A DNA stretch of 64,000 nt from Paragordius varius. Its lineage: Eukaryota > Animalia > Nematomorpha. A program made the translations under genes and the position numbers. The stretch is from positions 3,100,001 to 3,164,000 of the forward strand of contig OZ176057.1 in assembly GCA_964247055.1 (NCBI GenBank), written 5' to 3'. Below are positions 47,135-61,050 of this stretch, in pieces (position 1 is the first letter of the stretch; each line of letters opens with the position of its first letter). The notes under the pieces were generated by a model. That model was not told the DNA's origin. It did not search any database and was given only the letters and a program-made list of their open reading frames with translations.

Positions 47135-49769
47135 TATATATTGTTAAGTAAAGAATAAATATGGAAGTATTAATATAAAAAATATTTTAATGTCAATTTC
47201 GACCATTCAATTTAAAAGTTACCAGTATTATTTTACTCTAGATTTACCCTGTATTGAAAATCGAATGAATCTTATAAAAAATGTATATTCTAATAGGAAA
47301 ATGTATCAGGATTATAATAGTGCTTTTGTGTTTATTAAACTAACAATTTTTTATCATAAATTTATGGAATGAATATTTTAATCAATAATCTGAAGTGATG
47401 AAATGTTTAGCATTATCAAATAATATATAAAAAGTTTTTTTATTATGTGTAATAGCGTTTTTATACCGTTTCCACCATGCCTTAAAAAAGAATAAAAAGT
47501 ATGCATTCATTAAAAAATATTTTTTTATGTCAAAATTTAGCATATATTTATAAATTTTAACGCGCATCCCGGAATTATTACGTTTATTGGAAAAAACTCC
47601 ATTTTAGAGCGAAACAATTTAGGACTTTCGGAGCCTAAATCAAAAATTAAAATATTTTAAAAATATAGTTTTTCTTTTTATAGGTTTTATGATTAATTTT
47701 AGTGATATTTTTGGAATAATGCATTTTCATCATAAATTTTCCATTATTAATACGTAGCATCCAAAATTTAAAGAACTTTCTTATATCACTCGTAACGGCC
47801 AAAACCAAAAGCAGCATAATAATCCTGATACATTTCCCTAGAATATATATATTTCAACAACTTATTTTTTTGTCGAGACAGTGTTTATAATATAAACTTT
47901 TTGAAATGTAAGTTTGTAATATTTGGTGTATAATTATTATTATTATCATAATATACTATATTAAAACTTCGGTTCAAATTTCTAAAAATCCCAGACTTAT
48001 GTGGATATTTATAAAAAAATTACTGAAAAAACGGTTCCGATTCGAATTTGCTATCCTAACATAAATTATATAAATAAGTCGAAATATCTAAATAAAGTTT
48101 GGTTTAATTCCATATTATATTATTTCAACGCCATTATTATACTACAACATTTTTGCAAAATATGTTTATTAAATTTAAAAATAATTAATAATATTTAAAT
48201 CTCATCTAACATTAACACTTAGATACAACGCATTCATTTCGTTCCTTCGATTCATTGGGGTAGTTGGATACCCCGGTCCTTTTTAAAAAAAATAATTTAA
48301 AAAATATGGAAGGAATTAAACCATAACAAAAATTTGCACATATATAACATTAATTAACCAAAATATATAAAAAAGTTGCATCAAAAATCTTTGATATTAC
48401 TTATTTTAAGGTAAAAAGGTAATTTAGTCAACCTGACATGTGTGCATTAGCTAATTTGTAAAATAATATAAAATAAACCACTTTTTATGTTTCTATCAAT
48501 GTAAGATGTGATTTAAATGAAACATTAACTTGGCTTTAAAATAATGTGACCAGATAGTCTGTTTTTCGCAGTACAGTACTGGGTTTTCAGAAAAAAACTG
48601 CGCCTGTACTGCGTCCACTTTGTATTGCTTTTTGAAATTAAAAAAAATTAATTTTTTACATTTATATAAAAATTACCTTTTATTTATTCAAAAAATTATT
48701 TTAGAATTTAATAAAGTATCCTCTGTAAAAATAACTCCATAATTTATAAAGAAATGGTTTATTTTGCTGTAAAAAACTAAGATTGGCCTATTTTTAATTG
48801 GTTAATATTATTTTTTGCTTGAAATATACATAAAACTTAGGATTGCAGCCTTTCGATCAGTGGCGAAACTATAAATCTCGGACTCCACATCGTAAGATTC
48901 AGGCTAATTGCTTCCGCAAAAAAGGTGCCACAAAATTTAAAATTAACAATTAATTTATGATATTTTAATAAATGTTTGATCAAGTTTAGAAAGTTCATTT
49001 TTTGTTATAATTATCAAACGAATTATATAGAAAATTGTTATTCCCGTATCATATTATATAAAATTTATTATATATGGATGATTTCGAAACCTTTTTTCCG
49101 TATTAAAAAATTAAGAGTTTTTTTACACTTTTAACACTCATTAGGTGGGAGGTAGGATATTTCTTAATTTTTTTTCTTTAATTTAATGGTTGGTTTGCTT
49201 GCAAAAATTGGTTAATTTTTATAAAAAAACAATTTAGTTTGAAAACGAACGAACATTTTAACCAAAATTCTGAGTCAAAAATGTATAGCCTTATCGAATT
49301 ATATATATAAAGTGTTGTAACACCTTTATGAAGTACGCTTCAACAAAATTGTGCTAAAAATTAAATTTTTGAAAGTATGCATTTTTTAAAAAATATATAT
49401 TGATATCAAAATTTAGCATATATTTAAAATAATTGGACAATGTCGGAATTTTTGCGTTTTCTTTAACAGAACAGTCCATTTTAAAGAGCCAAAAAATTTG
49501 AGACTTTCAGCCCACATCTAATAATTTTAAATTTTCAAAAATATCGTTTTGCTTTTTTGTAGTGTTATATTATAGTGATATTTTTTAAAATAAAGCATTT
49601 GGCTTTCACTATTCGCAAAAATTGCGCACCTTTTGCAATTTTATACGGAGCACGTACTAAAGTTTATATATCTTTCTTTAATAACTCGTAAAGGTTAAAA
49701 CCAAAAGCAGAATGATAATCTTGATATTACCTATCAGAATATATATATTTCATCACTGTGTAATATACC

Positions 49770-49823
49770 TGATAACTGGGGACGACTCAATGGTAAATTT
49801 ATTGTATATCGTATTGTATAATG

Positions 49824-49871
<48 letters not shown>

Positions 49872-50117
49872 TTATATATCTAAGATAATTAGGTCTAATG
49901 TATTCACATATATCAAGGTGAGATGTTTGCTTTTACACAATTAACTCAAGGTATAATAATAGTCACACGTAGTGGTGAGGTTATAATAATATAATAATAG
50001 TACACAGATAAGTTAATAGGTAATTATAATAATATATAACGAATGTTGTTTGTGCAGTTAATCTAATCGTGTAATAAAAGATTCATTCAAATTAGCCTGT
50101 CAGTTAACACTCTAGCA
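49770..50117 (-). repeat. 3' LTR of the Gypsy element
   Basis: Direct repeat of 53968-54296; contains a (TA)n tract and an AATAAA-type signal; abuts the PPT. Confidence 0.9.
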
Positions 50118-50123
50118 TCACTA

Positions 50124-50132
50124 CCCCCTCCT
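50124..50132 (-). promoter_or_regulatory. Polypurine tract
   Basis: AGGAGGGGG on the minus strand just upstream of the 3' LTR. Confidence 0.75.
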
Positions 50133-53100
50133 AACGAAAGCGGGCGGGTTTCTGACGACTTCTTGTCGGGTACCGTGGTTCTTGTGTTTTAGCGGGGGAG
50201 TAGATTGTCGCAGATTTCTGGGTATTATCATTATTTAGACTTTCGGCTGTCGGGGTAATTGGTTCGATTTCGTCCTTTGAATTGATCGTGTTTGGTTGCG
50301 TTTCAGCGATTGCTCCATCATCCGTGGCAGTGGTTATCTCCTCCTCATTTGTGTTGCTGGCAGTGGTCGGCTGTGGTTATGGCTGTTGGTTGCTATTAGG
50401 TCAGCGTGTCACAACTTTGTCTCGGTCCTTGTCCCATACCTTGTATGAAAATAACCCTGTACGGTCCGTAATCTCTCCGGGGCGCCACTCTGGACTTAAC
50501 TCATTTTTAATAATTACCTGGTCATTAATGGCAAACTGCCGTCGGGGGTCCGGTGTAGCAATCTCGCCCTACTATTTAACCAGGTTAAGGGGGTATGGGT
50601 GAACATTAACTGGGCCGGGGTTTCTTTCGTTGTTGAGTGTATAGAATTTCTATACGCCCACAGGCAAGTGTTAAACGCTTCGTGGGTGAATATCACATTA
50701 TTTTTTATTCTTTTTTTATTTTTTATTGTACTTACTAACCTTTCTACCATCCCATTATTCTTAAGATGGTAGGGGGTAACCCTAATATGTTTCACCCCTA
50801 ACGTACTTAAGGTTGACGTAAAGTACTCATTACTGAAATACGAAGCGTTATCGCTAACATCTCTCTTGCAAAGTCAAACCTTGCAAACGTTTCTTCTACT
50901 TTGTGGATTATATTCGCTGCGGTTACCTTTTTCAAAATAAATCCTTCTCCCCATTTCGAGGCACTATCAATTATCAACAACCAATAAAAACCGTCTACCG
51001 GTCCGGCTATATCAATATGCAAGCGCTCCCACACAGCAACATTATGATCCCACTGATACGTGGAATTCTGAGTAACATTCGGCCCACTACGTTGGCACGA
51101 TTCGCATTGACTACTGGCTTTTACCAGGTCATTTTCTAATTCTGGCCAATAACACGTAAATCTGGCCATTGCTTTCATGGTCTCTACGTTGTTATGACCG
51201 TTGTGCAGGCATCTCACCACCTCTTTTTGGAGGGGCTTCGGAATTACAATCCGATCATTTAAACTTAATAAGCCATTTGATATGCCAACTCGTCTTTACG
51301 GTTTACAAACTTTTTTAATTCTGGAGAACTTTAGTCATGGTTGTTTAACGCTTTAATTACTTTTTGTAATACTGGCTAATGCGGTTTTCGAATTTCATCT
51401 CTGCTCCGCACGTTATGACAATTCAAAAATCTCAGATATCTGCTAACCGCATACTCTTCATCATAGGCAACGATCTCGTCCATCGGTCATCTCGATAAAT
51501 AATCAGCTCTATTTTGAGCCCCTTTTTGATGACTTATTTCAAAGTCGTATTCAAATATCATATTAATCCACCTTAGTACTTTAGCATTATGTATATCTTT
51601 TAAATTTCGATCTATTTATTAACTTTACTAAAGTTAAATAGTCAGTTAATATTATAAATTTTCTACCGTATACGAAACTATGAAACTTTCGTAACGCAAG
51701 CAATATTACTTTTAATTCCAGTGGAATAATTCCTTTCAGCGTTGCTACACTTTTGTGAGGCATACGCTATCAGTATCCTTTCACTATTAACTTCATGACT
51801 CAAAATACACCCGAATCCCAAATCTGACGCATCAGTTTCTATTATCAATTTCCTATTCGGATTATATGGTGTTAAAAACACTTTTTCGCTTAACAAATTC
51901 TTAGCTGCTAACCAGCTTTTCTCATTTTTCTCGGTCCAAAACCATCTCGTATTTTTACTAATTAATTCATGTAAGAGACCGACTATCATTTGTAATTTTG
52001 GTATAAAGCGTTCATGAAATGTCAAAAAACCTAAAAAACTACGTGATGACTTTTTATCTACCGGCCTTTTTAGTTCCTTAATAGATTTGATTTTGCTTTC
52101 ACATGGGCTTATACCCTTTTTCGATATGCACCTATCATTATTTTATCTTTTCTTAATTTAAATCCGGCCTCGTTAATACGTTATTTAAATTGTTAATGTG
52201 CTCCTTTTCCTTCCTACCAGTCACTAAAACGTCATCTAAATATACGCATGTTCCCGGACTTTCAGCCAGCACTTGTTCCATCACTCGTTGGAAGATGATG
52301 GATGCCGTAACCAGTCCAAACGGCATGCGTTTGTATCTAAAAAAACCTTTATGTGTTGATATTGTTAACAATTCTTGACACTCCTCTGCTACTGGCATTT
52401 GGAGGTAAGCAACTTTTAAATCAATTTTTGTGAGTGTGATACCTTCGCCTATTTTCGACACCAACTCATCAAACGTGATTATATGAGAGCCTTCTTGCAA
52501 CCACTTATGAATCGTTACCCGAAAATCACTACATTCTTAATTCGCCATTCGGTTTAAGTACATTAACCGTAGGCGTGGCCCATGTCACAGGTGTGGTGTT
52601 AGGATCAACTGGTTCTAAAATGCCTAACTTTTCTAGCCTTGTCAGATTCTCAACCTTTTCTTTTAAAGGAAAAGGCACCCTGCGACATGGCCATACTTTC
52701 GGGATCGCATTCGCTGCAATGCGAATTTTTACAGGGTCTTTATAACACCCTAACTTATTTTCAAAAAGTTTTTAAATTAACTTTAACCTGTGGCATCGCA
52801 ATCTGGAATTTCGCCATCCAGTCCAGTCCACAGATCAGCGGAGCCATCCCCATCGTTTTGCTTAGGACACTTATGTCCCCGACCATTTGTTTACCATTTA
52901 CCTGGACCTTGACACTTGCTGTCCCCATCATTAGCACTGTGGTATTGTTGTACGATTTTACTGGGGGTGTGGGACGCAGCTTGGGTTTACCGATTTGCTC
53001 CCATGTGGCAAAGTTTATTACACTAATGTCCGAACCAATATCATATATAAAAACTTTTTTTAACCCGTTTATTACTAGTGTTATCAGTAAGGAAGTTAGC

Positions 53101-53948
53101 GCCTTATGACCCACGTTAACTTCCTTCAACAATTGCTTATTGAAGTTTTTTGTCTCTTGGCCACACACATTCTCGCAAAATGGCTCTGCTTTCCGCATTT
53201 GTTGCAAGATCGTCTCCAGGCTGGACACTTGTTAGGTGGGTGTGTGGTGCCGCAATATTTACATGTAGTAGAAGATTTTACTACTGTGTGTCGATTGGAT
53301 TTATAATGTTGTAACCGATTGATATTATTATTGCTGTTACTATATCGATGCTATTGTTATTACTATTATTGTTATTCTGTAATCCAGCCCTAGCAGCCTC
53401 ATGTGCTAGTGCGAGATCTACGATTGTTTCTAATGGGACAGGAATAGCGTTTATCAAATCTGGATACCTAGAATGGATATCCATATCTAGTTGAGGTTGT
53501 CGCAGTCCTATCACGAATGCATCACGAATACGCTGCTCTATGGCTTCAGTGAATTGAGCTTCTTTTGCTCCTATCTTGACACGTTCGAGGAATTGGGTAA
53601 AAATTTCACCCTCGTTGCGTACCAGTTTATAAAATTTAAAACGGCTTTGGAATTTTGATTTGGTCGGATTGAATATTTTTTTGCCTGTTTCCGTGATCTC
53701 CACCCATGTGGCGTCTTTTATTTACTTGGGGTATAAACGTTGGTTAATCTTTTTTATTTATCATGAATCCGCCATATGCTAGTATAGTTGATTTAAGCGT
53801 TTTTTCGGTTACCAGAATATCCTTTGCCTCAAGTACGTTGCTAATATACTCGAGGTACTCTTCGAATTTATTATTATCATTGTATTTTTCTATGGCTAAA
53901 TTCGCAATACTAGCGTGAAGGCTGTGATAATCATTGGTTCGTCTGCCA

Positions 53949-53966
53949 TACTCGTCTTGGTCACCA
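53949..53966 (-). promoter_or_regulatory. Primer-binding site, tRNA-Trp-like
   Basis: TGGTGACCAAGACGAGTA, one nt inside the 5' LTR, compared with the tRNA-Trp complement TGGTGACCCCGACGTGAT (recalled, not computed). Confidence 0.6.
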
Positions 53967-53967
53967 C

Positions 53968-54296
53968 TGATAACTGGAGACGACGTAAAGTCAATGGCAA
54001 ATTTATTGTATATCGTATTGTATAATGATCTATATATATATATATATAATATATATATATATCTAAGATAAATAGGTCTAATGTATTCACATATTTCAAG
54101 GTGATGTTTGCTTTTATACAATTAACTCAAGGTATAATAATAATAGTCACACGTGGTGGTGAGGTTATAATAATATAATAATAGTACACAGATAAGTTAA
54201 TAGGTTAATATAATAATATATAACCAATGTTGTTTGTGCGGTTAATCTAATCGTGTATTAAAAGATTCATTCAAATTAGCCTGTCACACTCTAACA
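53968..54296 (-). repeat. 5' LTR of the Gypsy element
   Basis: Direct repeat of 49770-50117, followed on the minus strand by the PBS. Confidence 0.9.
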
Positions 54297-56289
54297 ATAC
54301 CATACCGATGATGTAAAAACAGGCAAAGTATTTTTTAATTTTGTAATGCGTCAAAGTTCAAACTATCTGGTGTATAAAATTAAATAAAATCGATATTTGC
54401 CAAGATGTTGCAAAATAAAAATGCCGTCGAACTAGTTTGATATGGAACTTTTTTTCTCAAAATTAAATATTTAAATATTTCGGCTTATTTATATAATTTT
54501 TAATAGGAAAGAAGCATATATTTAAATTGGGACCGTTTCTTTCAGTAGTTTTTTAAAAAATATCAACTTAAATATAGACTAGGGTATTTAATTACCCAAT
54601 CAAAGTGTACAGAAAAAGAGGTTTATTTTGTTTTGTTTTTTAATATAGCTATTGCAAAAAATGTCATGGTGTTTAAATTTTTACTCCTGGGTTTTATCTT
54701 AAAATAAGTAATAACAGGTATTCCAGATTTTTTTTCGGTTCATTAATATAAGTGCAAACTTTTTCCATGGTTTAAAATCCTTCCATATTTTTTGAAGTAT
54801 CTAATTTTAGACCCCAATGTGAATCGAAGGACTGAAATTAATGTGTAGTATTCTAGTGTTAAAGGACTCGCAAATTATAATCCAAAAGCGCCATCAGAAC
54901 CCTGATACATCTTTTATTAGTATATAGCTGAACTATTTAAACAAGGTATTTTAAAATCCGATACACATTGCGTCCTAAATATAAAAATGTATCAGTTGTG
55001 CCCGAGTAATATAACATATATGAGATCATCTAACAATAGCCATTTCGCAAAAATTTCTGTAATTGTAAAGCATTGGTAAAAATATATATTATGATAAAAA
55101 TGTTGTAAACTAAAAAAAATTTTAATTAGGAAAGTTTGCTTTTCTTACGAAATTATTTATGTATATTTGGAGTTAAGATCTATCTTAATCTAGCAAAAGG
55201 GGCTTACTGCAGTACATTATTTACAAAATATTTAGATATCACAAAAAAATACTGTATTAAAACTCCAATTAAACATCAGGATTAAAGATAAACTATATTT
55301 TCCGAAGTTGTCAGGGCTGGAGCTTCTAGCCTGGAAATCGTTTCCAGAATTTGCCAAAGGATTTTTCAGAAATTTTAATTCAACCGATGCAACTTAAACA
55401 AAATAAAAAATGTAATCAATAATTAAAAATATACAGTATTTAATTCTATTAATTAATGTTTTTTATTTTATTTGTATTATTATTTTTTATGAGTATTTTG
55501 AATGACGCGGGTAGGCTAGACCTGGCCAGTCTCTGCACGCACTAGGACCTAGAATAAAGTTACTGTAAGGTGTGTTATGCCAGTAAGTTGGTTTGTTAAG
55601 AAGTAATCAATATGAATTAGTTAAAACTATGACAGTATACTTGTCAGGAGACTAGATATCGTGAAAACGGCACCAATAATGTTAGAAAGTAGCTCGAAAA
55701 AGTTTTAGTCAGGATCTAAGGATGGTTACACTGAGGTAGAGTGCGTTTAAGATTTGCCAATCAATTAATTAAGTTTTGATGTAAAGATAAATTGTAATAG
55801 ACATTTTATTGAATTGGAGCATTTTATAACCTTTAACGTTTATGCCCCATGATAGGGTTGCCTAAACTGAAAAAAAATAAACTTTATGATATGTTGGACG
55901 GAGAAATGACTTTTTACCGAAGGAGAGAGTCCTATTTTGTGTTGATTTTAATCGGAATATGGTACAATATCTTAGAGGTTTTCAGCCTTGGCAGGCGGAA
56001 AAGGTTATGGGGTTAAAAATTAAGAAAAGGCTAGTTTATTAATTTGCGCAATTCATAACTTATCTATGGTAAATAATTTCTTTACTAAAAGGGATTGATA
56101 TTTAACACCTACGAAAGTGAAATAAAGGAGTATGTTCTTTTTTGTTGTGAATTGCATCATACTTGCCTGAAAATTAGTACACGACATCATTTAATTATGT
56201 GTAAGAGAAAATCCTATAATTATTATAGATGGGGTAAATTAGAAGCAGTAAATAAATTAACTTTTTTAGTTCTATAATTACCGAGGATG

Positions 56290-56760
56290 GCTAATCTCCT
56301 GACATTAGAAGAATAGGTTAAAGTAGGGAAGCGATGAATAAATTAATAAAGGTTTGGAAAAATAAAAGTTTAGGTTCAACCAAAAAATGTTTACTTTACT
56401 GGTCCCGGTAACCGCCTATGGTTGTGAGAGCTGGACTCTGAAAAATGAGACAAAAAAGTTTCATTGCTTTTGAAAGAAACTGCTCTTGTAGTAGCTAGGA
56501 TACACCTGGAAACATAAAATAAGAATTGAAAGCTAACTACATTGATAAATTGTAAAATAAATATCTTAGATGCAATTCTAAAAAGAGCGATAACTTATTT
56601 TGGTCACGTCATGCAAATTCTTTATAGAACGACACAATGATTGAAAAGATAGAAGGACAAGGGAAACGAGGACCTGTAGTATACATGATAAAAGATGAGA
56701 CTAAGTTGAACGATTTGAATGTAGCGATAAAAGATAGAAAGAAGTATAAATCATTAGGGA
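56290..56760 (+). mobile_element. RTE-clade LINE 3' fragment, decayed
   Basis: AYGCESWTLKNETKKFIAFERNC, YFGHVM and MIEKIEGQGKRG motifs of the RTE C-terminal region. Confidence 0.7.
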
Positions 56761-56799
56761 AAACTTATACAAAATTACGACTTAGTAGTAAATAATCAA

Positions 56800-57630
56800 C
56801 CATACGAAATATAAAGCGTAGCTTATAGCGCCGAAAGGAATTTCTTAAGAAACATAAAAAACTATGTAGAAACGGTAGGCTATTAGACAGAACAGCGATC
56901 CAAGAGTTGGGTCTCAGCTGGCTAAACAATTGATAGGAGGGAGCTAAGGTGTGTTGAAAGAAAGATGGTATAAATTAGGTGTATGGCTGAAGTTCGAAAA
57001 AATAATTTGGAAATTGCGAGACAAGATTTTAATATGTTTATATATACCAATCAATCAGAAGACAAGGAAAAATATAAATGAATTAATAAGGAACTTAAAA
57101 GGCTTGTGAGAATGGTAAAAAGAGAAAACGCCACTTTAAGGGAGTTGAATAGTAAGCAAGGTTTAAAAGTTTCTAAAATCGCTCAACAAAGACACAGCAA
57201 AGGGTTAAGCTTTTCCCCTTATGCGACCGCTATTAAAGACAAAAACGGTAAAGTACTCATTGAGTAAGAAAAAAAAATAATGAGATGGGAAGTATATCTG
57301 AAAGACCTTGAATTGGGCATCAATAAAACAAATCTACCCGAATCACCTGATTATGAATCTGCGCATTGAAAAATTTACTAAAGAAGAAATTACGATTTAC
57401 AGTGCTGTCTTATAGCTAACAATAATGTAACTCACAGAAAGGCATTTGAAGTTACTGCACTGTGAATGCTTAGATTGATGTGTGTAACGAAAAAAGACAA
57501 AGTGAGGAATTTATATACCAGTGGAAAAACACAAATCACTCGATAACGCAAATGATGTTAAATCGCCTTATATGGTGTGGACATGTAGAAAGAAGAGATG
57601 GTAACTACATTGGTAAAAATTTGATGAATA
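56800..57630 (+). mobile_element. Second RTE-like LINE fragment, heavily decayed
   Basis: IKDKNGKVLIE linker motif and WCGHVERRDGNYIGK C-terminal motif. Confidence 0.55.
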
Positions 57631-57656
57631 ACAGTGCTTATAAATATTAACGTAAT

Positions 57657-57691
<35 letters not shown>

Positions 57692-57869
57692 TGTAATATG
57701 AAATTCTATCATTATTATGGTGCTTTTGTTTCGTTTGTTTAAGATAGTTTTTAAGTATTTTAGTAAGTAGTTCATAGGACTACTTTTGCATACTTTTTTT
57801 AAAATTTTATTGGCCAAAGTAAATGCTTCTTTTTAAAAATATTAATACAATCTATTATAAATAAAAAAA

Positions 57870-58650
57870 GATAATATTAGTTTATTAAATTTAAGATGTC
57901 GGCTCCGAAAGCCCAAAGTTAGATCTTTTTGATAAGATAGCCTCGAGATCAATGCTTAATTGCCAGTATTGCGCGATAAATTTTAATTATATGCTAATTT
58001 TGATATCAAAAATATTTTTTAAAAATGCATATTTATTTAAAAATTTAATTTTTTACAAAATTTTGTTGGATACTATTATGATTCAATTATTATATTCTTT
58101 TGTCTTGAAAATTATGTTATATTGAATATTTTTTACAAAAATACCCTAATTCGAAAGAAAACGAACTTTTCAATCGAGTTCCGATGTGATAGATAGGCAT
58201 CTTCAAATTACATAAAAAAAAAGTTTTTACAAAACCTCTAGCGTTTTTAAACCGTTACCACACTGCCTGAAAATATTATCAAATAGTTTTCAACAAAATT
58301 TTGCTAAAAGTAATATTTTTAAAAGTATTTATCTCTTTGAAATATTTTTAGTTGATATTAAATTTTAGCATATATATATTAAATTTATTGCGCATTCCCA
58401 GCATTTTTGCGTTTATTTTTAGAAAATAGGGGCCACGTCCAAAAATTATAATTTTTTAAAATATGGTTTTGATTCTTGTAGCTTTAGTGATATTTTTTAA
58501 GTGAAGTTATAGCCCAAAAAATTATAAAAATATGCCAAATTTTGCGATTTTTTGATGTGGAGCATTACTAAAAAATGCAAACTATTTAAATCACTCCTAA
58601 AAGCCAAAACTATAAGCAACCATGATAATCCTCATATATATTATCATCAA

Positions 58651-58703
<53 letters not shown>

Positions 58704-58733
58704 TTCCATAGTATATCTTTTGTGGACACTGTG
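57870..58733. mobile_element. Non-autonomous TIR element, family C
   Basis: Right end ATATCTTTTGTGGACACTGTG|TA; inverted internal ttgatatcaaaat/ttagcata cores; left boundary approximate. Confidence 0.55.
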
Positions 58734-58869
58734 TATTTTATTTTTAAGTTGTTTTTTAAATATTCACCAAATTTGACAGCAAACGTACCTTTGAGTTATA
58801 TTACCACGTGATGAAAATGTTTAACACAACTGAATTATATAGAAAAAGTTATTATAATATTATGCGTTT

Positions 58870-59325
58870 TATACCGTTTCGATGCATCATAGATAGTATG
58901 GAAAAGGCCATAATTTTGCTATCAAATAAATTTATAAAATATCCATTTTTTTAAATTATTGATGTCAAAATTTAGCATTGATTTATATTTTTATCGCGCC
59001 TTGCATTTTGGCATTTATTTTAAGAGGAATAGTCCATTCTAGAATGCGAAAAAAATAGGAGTAACCTTACAGTTACAAAATAAAATTCGTTTCGCCTTTT
59101 GCATGTAGTTAATAATATATTTAAGGGATATTTATTGGATGACGCAGAGAATTATCAGCAAAAATATTTTATTAGACAAAATGTGAGAATTTGTCATTGA
59201 TATGGAACAGTTTTGACATAGGTTCACTAGTAGGAACCAAAACCAAAAGTAGCATAATAATTCAAATACATTATAATATCATAATATATATATATATATA
59301 TATTTTATCAATTGTGGACACAGTC
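58870..59325. mobile_element. Family C partial copy (right half)
   Basis: Colinear with 58330-58733 and 49330-49760; ends ttgtggacacagtc. Confidence 0.5.
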
Positions 59326-60504
59326 TAATAAATGAAAAATCGTTTTTTTAATTTGAATTATCCACACTTTTTCCTGAAAAATGCTTCAGAGCCATAATTA
59401 TAACTGGTCTGGGAATGGATACCATCAATAAGTGTGTAAATAAATATTATTACTTTTTGAGCCTAGATTTGGTAAATCGTGTTACCCCCAAAAATATCAT
59501 TTTTAAGATTGGAGCTAAACTGAGTTTATTTAAAAAAGACTCAATATTATTACTGCATCGGTAAAGCAATGCATGCATTGGAAACGTCGCTTAAACTTTG
59601 AATTAGTAATTTCCATTTAAAAAAAATAGTTTTACAATGCATAGAGCAACCATGAGCTAGAAATTCAATCTCCCTTTGCAATTTCCGTAATTAAAGAATT
59701 TTACTTTGTAATTTTAAAGAGCTTAGACGTTTTTAAATATCTTTTAAAGTCCACACCTAATAATTGTCTAAATATCTTGATTATAATTAATTTTACAGTA
59801 TAATTTAAGTCATCTGTTTGTACTTGTGGTAGATGATGTAATTTTTAACCATGTGGAACTTTGATTTAAATTTAAATTGGTTAAGGTGGTATGCCTACTA
59901 AATCCAGGAAAATATGTTTGTTAGGTTATCCATCATCAGGTGTAATAAAAATATATATATTTAAGGTAAGACATCTCTATTGCAACAATTTTTAAACCAA
60001 TCATTTAGTTCAATATATGATCCGACGCTTGAGACAAGTACACATGATATGCACATATTTTATTTAGTTATTAATGCGCAAATTTATTTATATACCATTT
60101 GCATTGTTTATTTAATTAAAAAAAATCTTGACAAACATTTTTCTATTAAATATTTGATATATATATTTGTCGCGTACTCATTTAAATATTATATGTTAAA
60201 CAAAAATAATAAATTTAATAGTTTATTTTACCCTTTAATTTTATGAAAATATAAATAAATTTTTCATCCAATTATTGAATTTACTGTCAAAAATTAATTG
60301 AATGCATTTTTAACGGCCTAAAAGCCTAATGCATGTTTCTTAATCAGACCCAATATATGTAAAATGATTTAATTTTGATTTTTGGTCGAAAAATTGAGCT
60401 TAAAGGGTAATGTGCTGTCATCAATTAAATTTACTGACTTTTATATAATTGGTTAAATTATTCATAATTATATTCATATTAATAAAACCCTAAAAAACCT
60501 TTAT

Positions 60505-60555
<51 letters not shown>

Positions 60556-60708
60556 TCGGTAATATACAGTACTAGAAAGCATCAATTATTGCCAAATAGC
60601 ATATACAGCAAAGAGCAGTATTATTGGCTTATAGCTATTTTTTCACTTTTTACTATTATTAGCCAATAATATTGATGATAAGCTATTTGGAAATAATAAA
60701 TTTCTAGC

Positions 60709-60765
<57 letters not shown>

Positions 60766-61050
60766 TTCATACTATATTTTTTAAATTTGTGTCAGGAAAA
60801 TTACTTGTTACTACACCCTTCCATTTATTTTACCTTACTAAGTTTAGTTAATTATTTTAATGTTTTGACTTATATATAAAATAAATCTGTTTTATTTATC
60901 GTAACTTAAATTATTATTTTTCTTGATAAAAAATAAAGTTTTTTTTCTTTAAATATTTAGCCATAACGACAAACATAAAATTAAATCATCAAGAATATGA
61001 GATTACATTGTTGGATATTGGGGGACAGGTAATTAATTATTTTACATATA

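Larger units (their letters stand above)
49770..54296 (-). mobile_element. Full-length decayed Ty3/Gypsy LTR retrotransposon (Mag/K02A2.6-like)
   Basis: TG...CA LTRs at 49770-50117 and 53968-54296; perfect 5-bp TSD ATACC (49765-49769 / 54297-54301). The minus strand has gag (RFKFYKLVRNEGE..IRDAFVIGL; knuckles CKYCGTTHPPNKC and CNKCGKQSHFARMC), protease (YDIGS), RT (KIDLKVAYLQ..RMPFGL..YLDD), RNase H (TDASDLG) and integrase (HNGH..C..C, WERLHIDIAGP, NGMVER), with multiple frameshifts. Confidence 0.95.
48216..54858. mobile_element. Pair of TTAA-flanked inverted termini (piggyBac-like non-autonomous element or two separate ends)
   Basis: TTAA|CACTTAGATACAACGCATTCATTTCGTTCCTTCGATTCATTGGGG at 48216 versus TTAA|CACTAGAATACTACACATTAATTTCAGTCCTTCGATTCACATTGGGG read from 54858 on the minus strand. 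Confidence 0.45.

Noticed and set aside
52190-53306. + strand ORFs overlapping the Gypsy pol and gag (also 50282 and 50903)
   Set aside because: Antisense to the retroelement coding strand, with no independent features.
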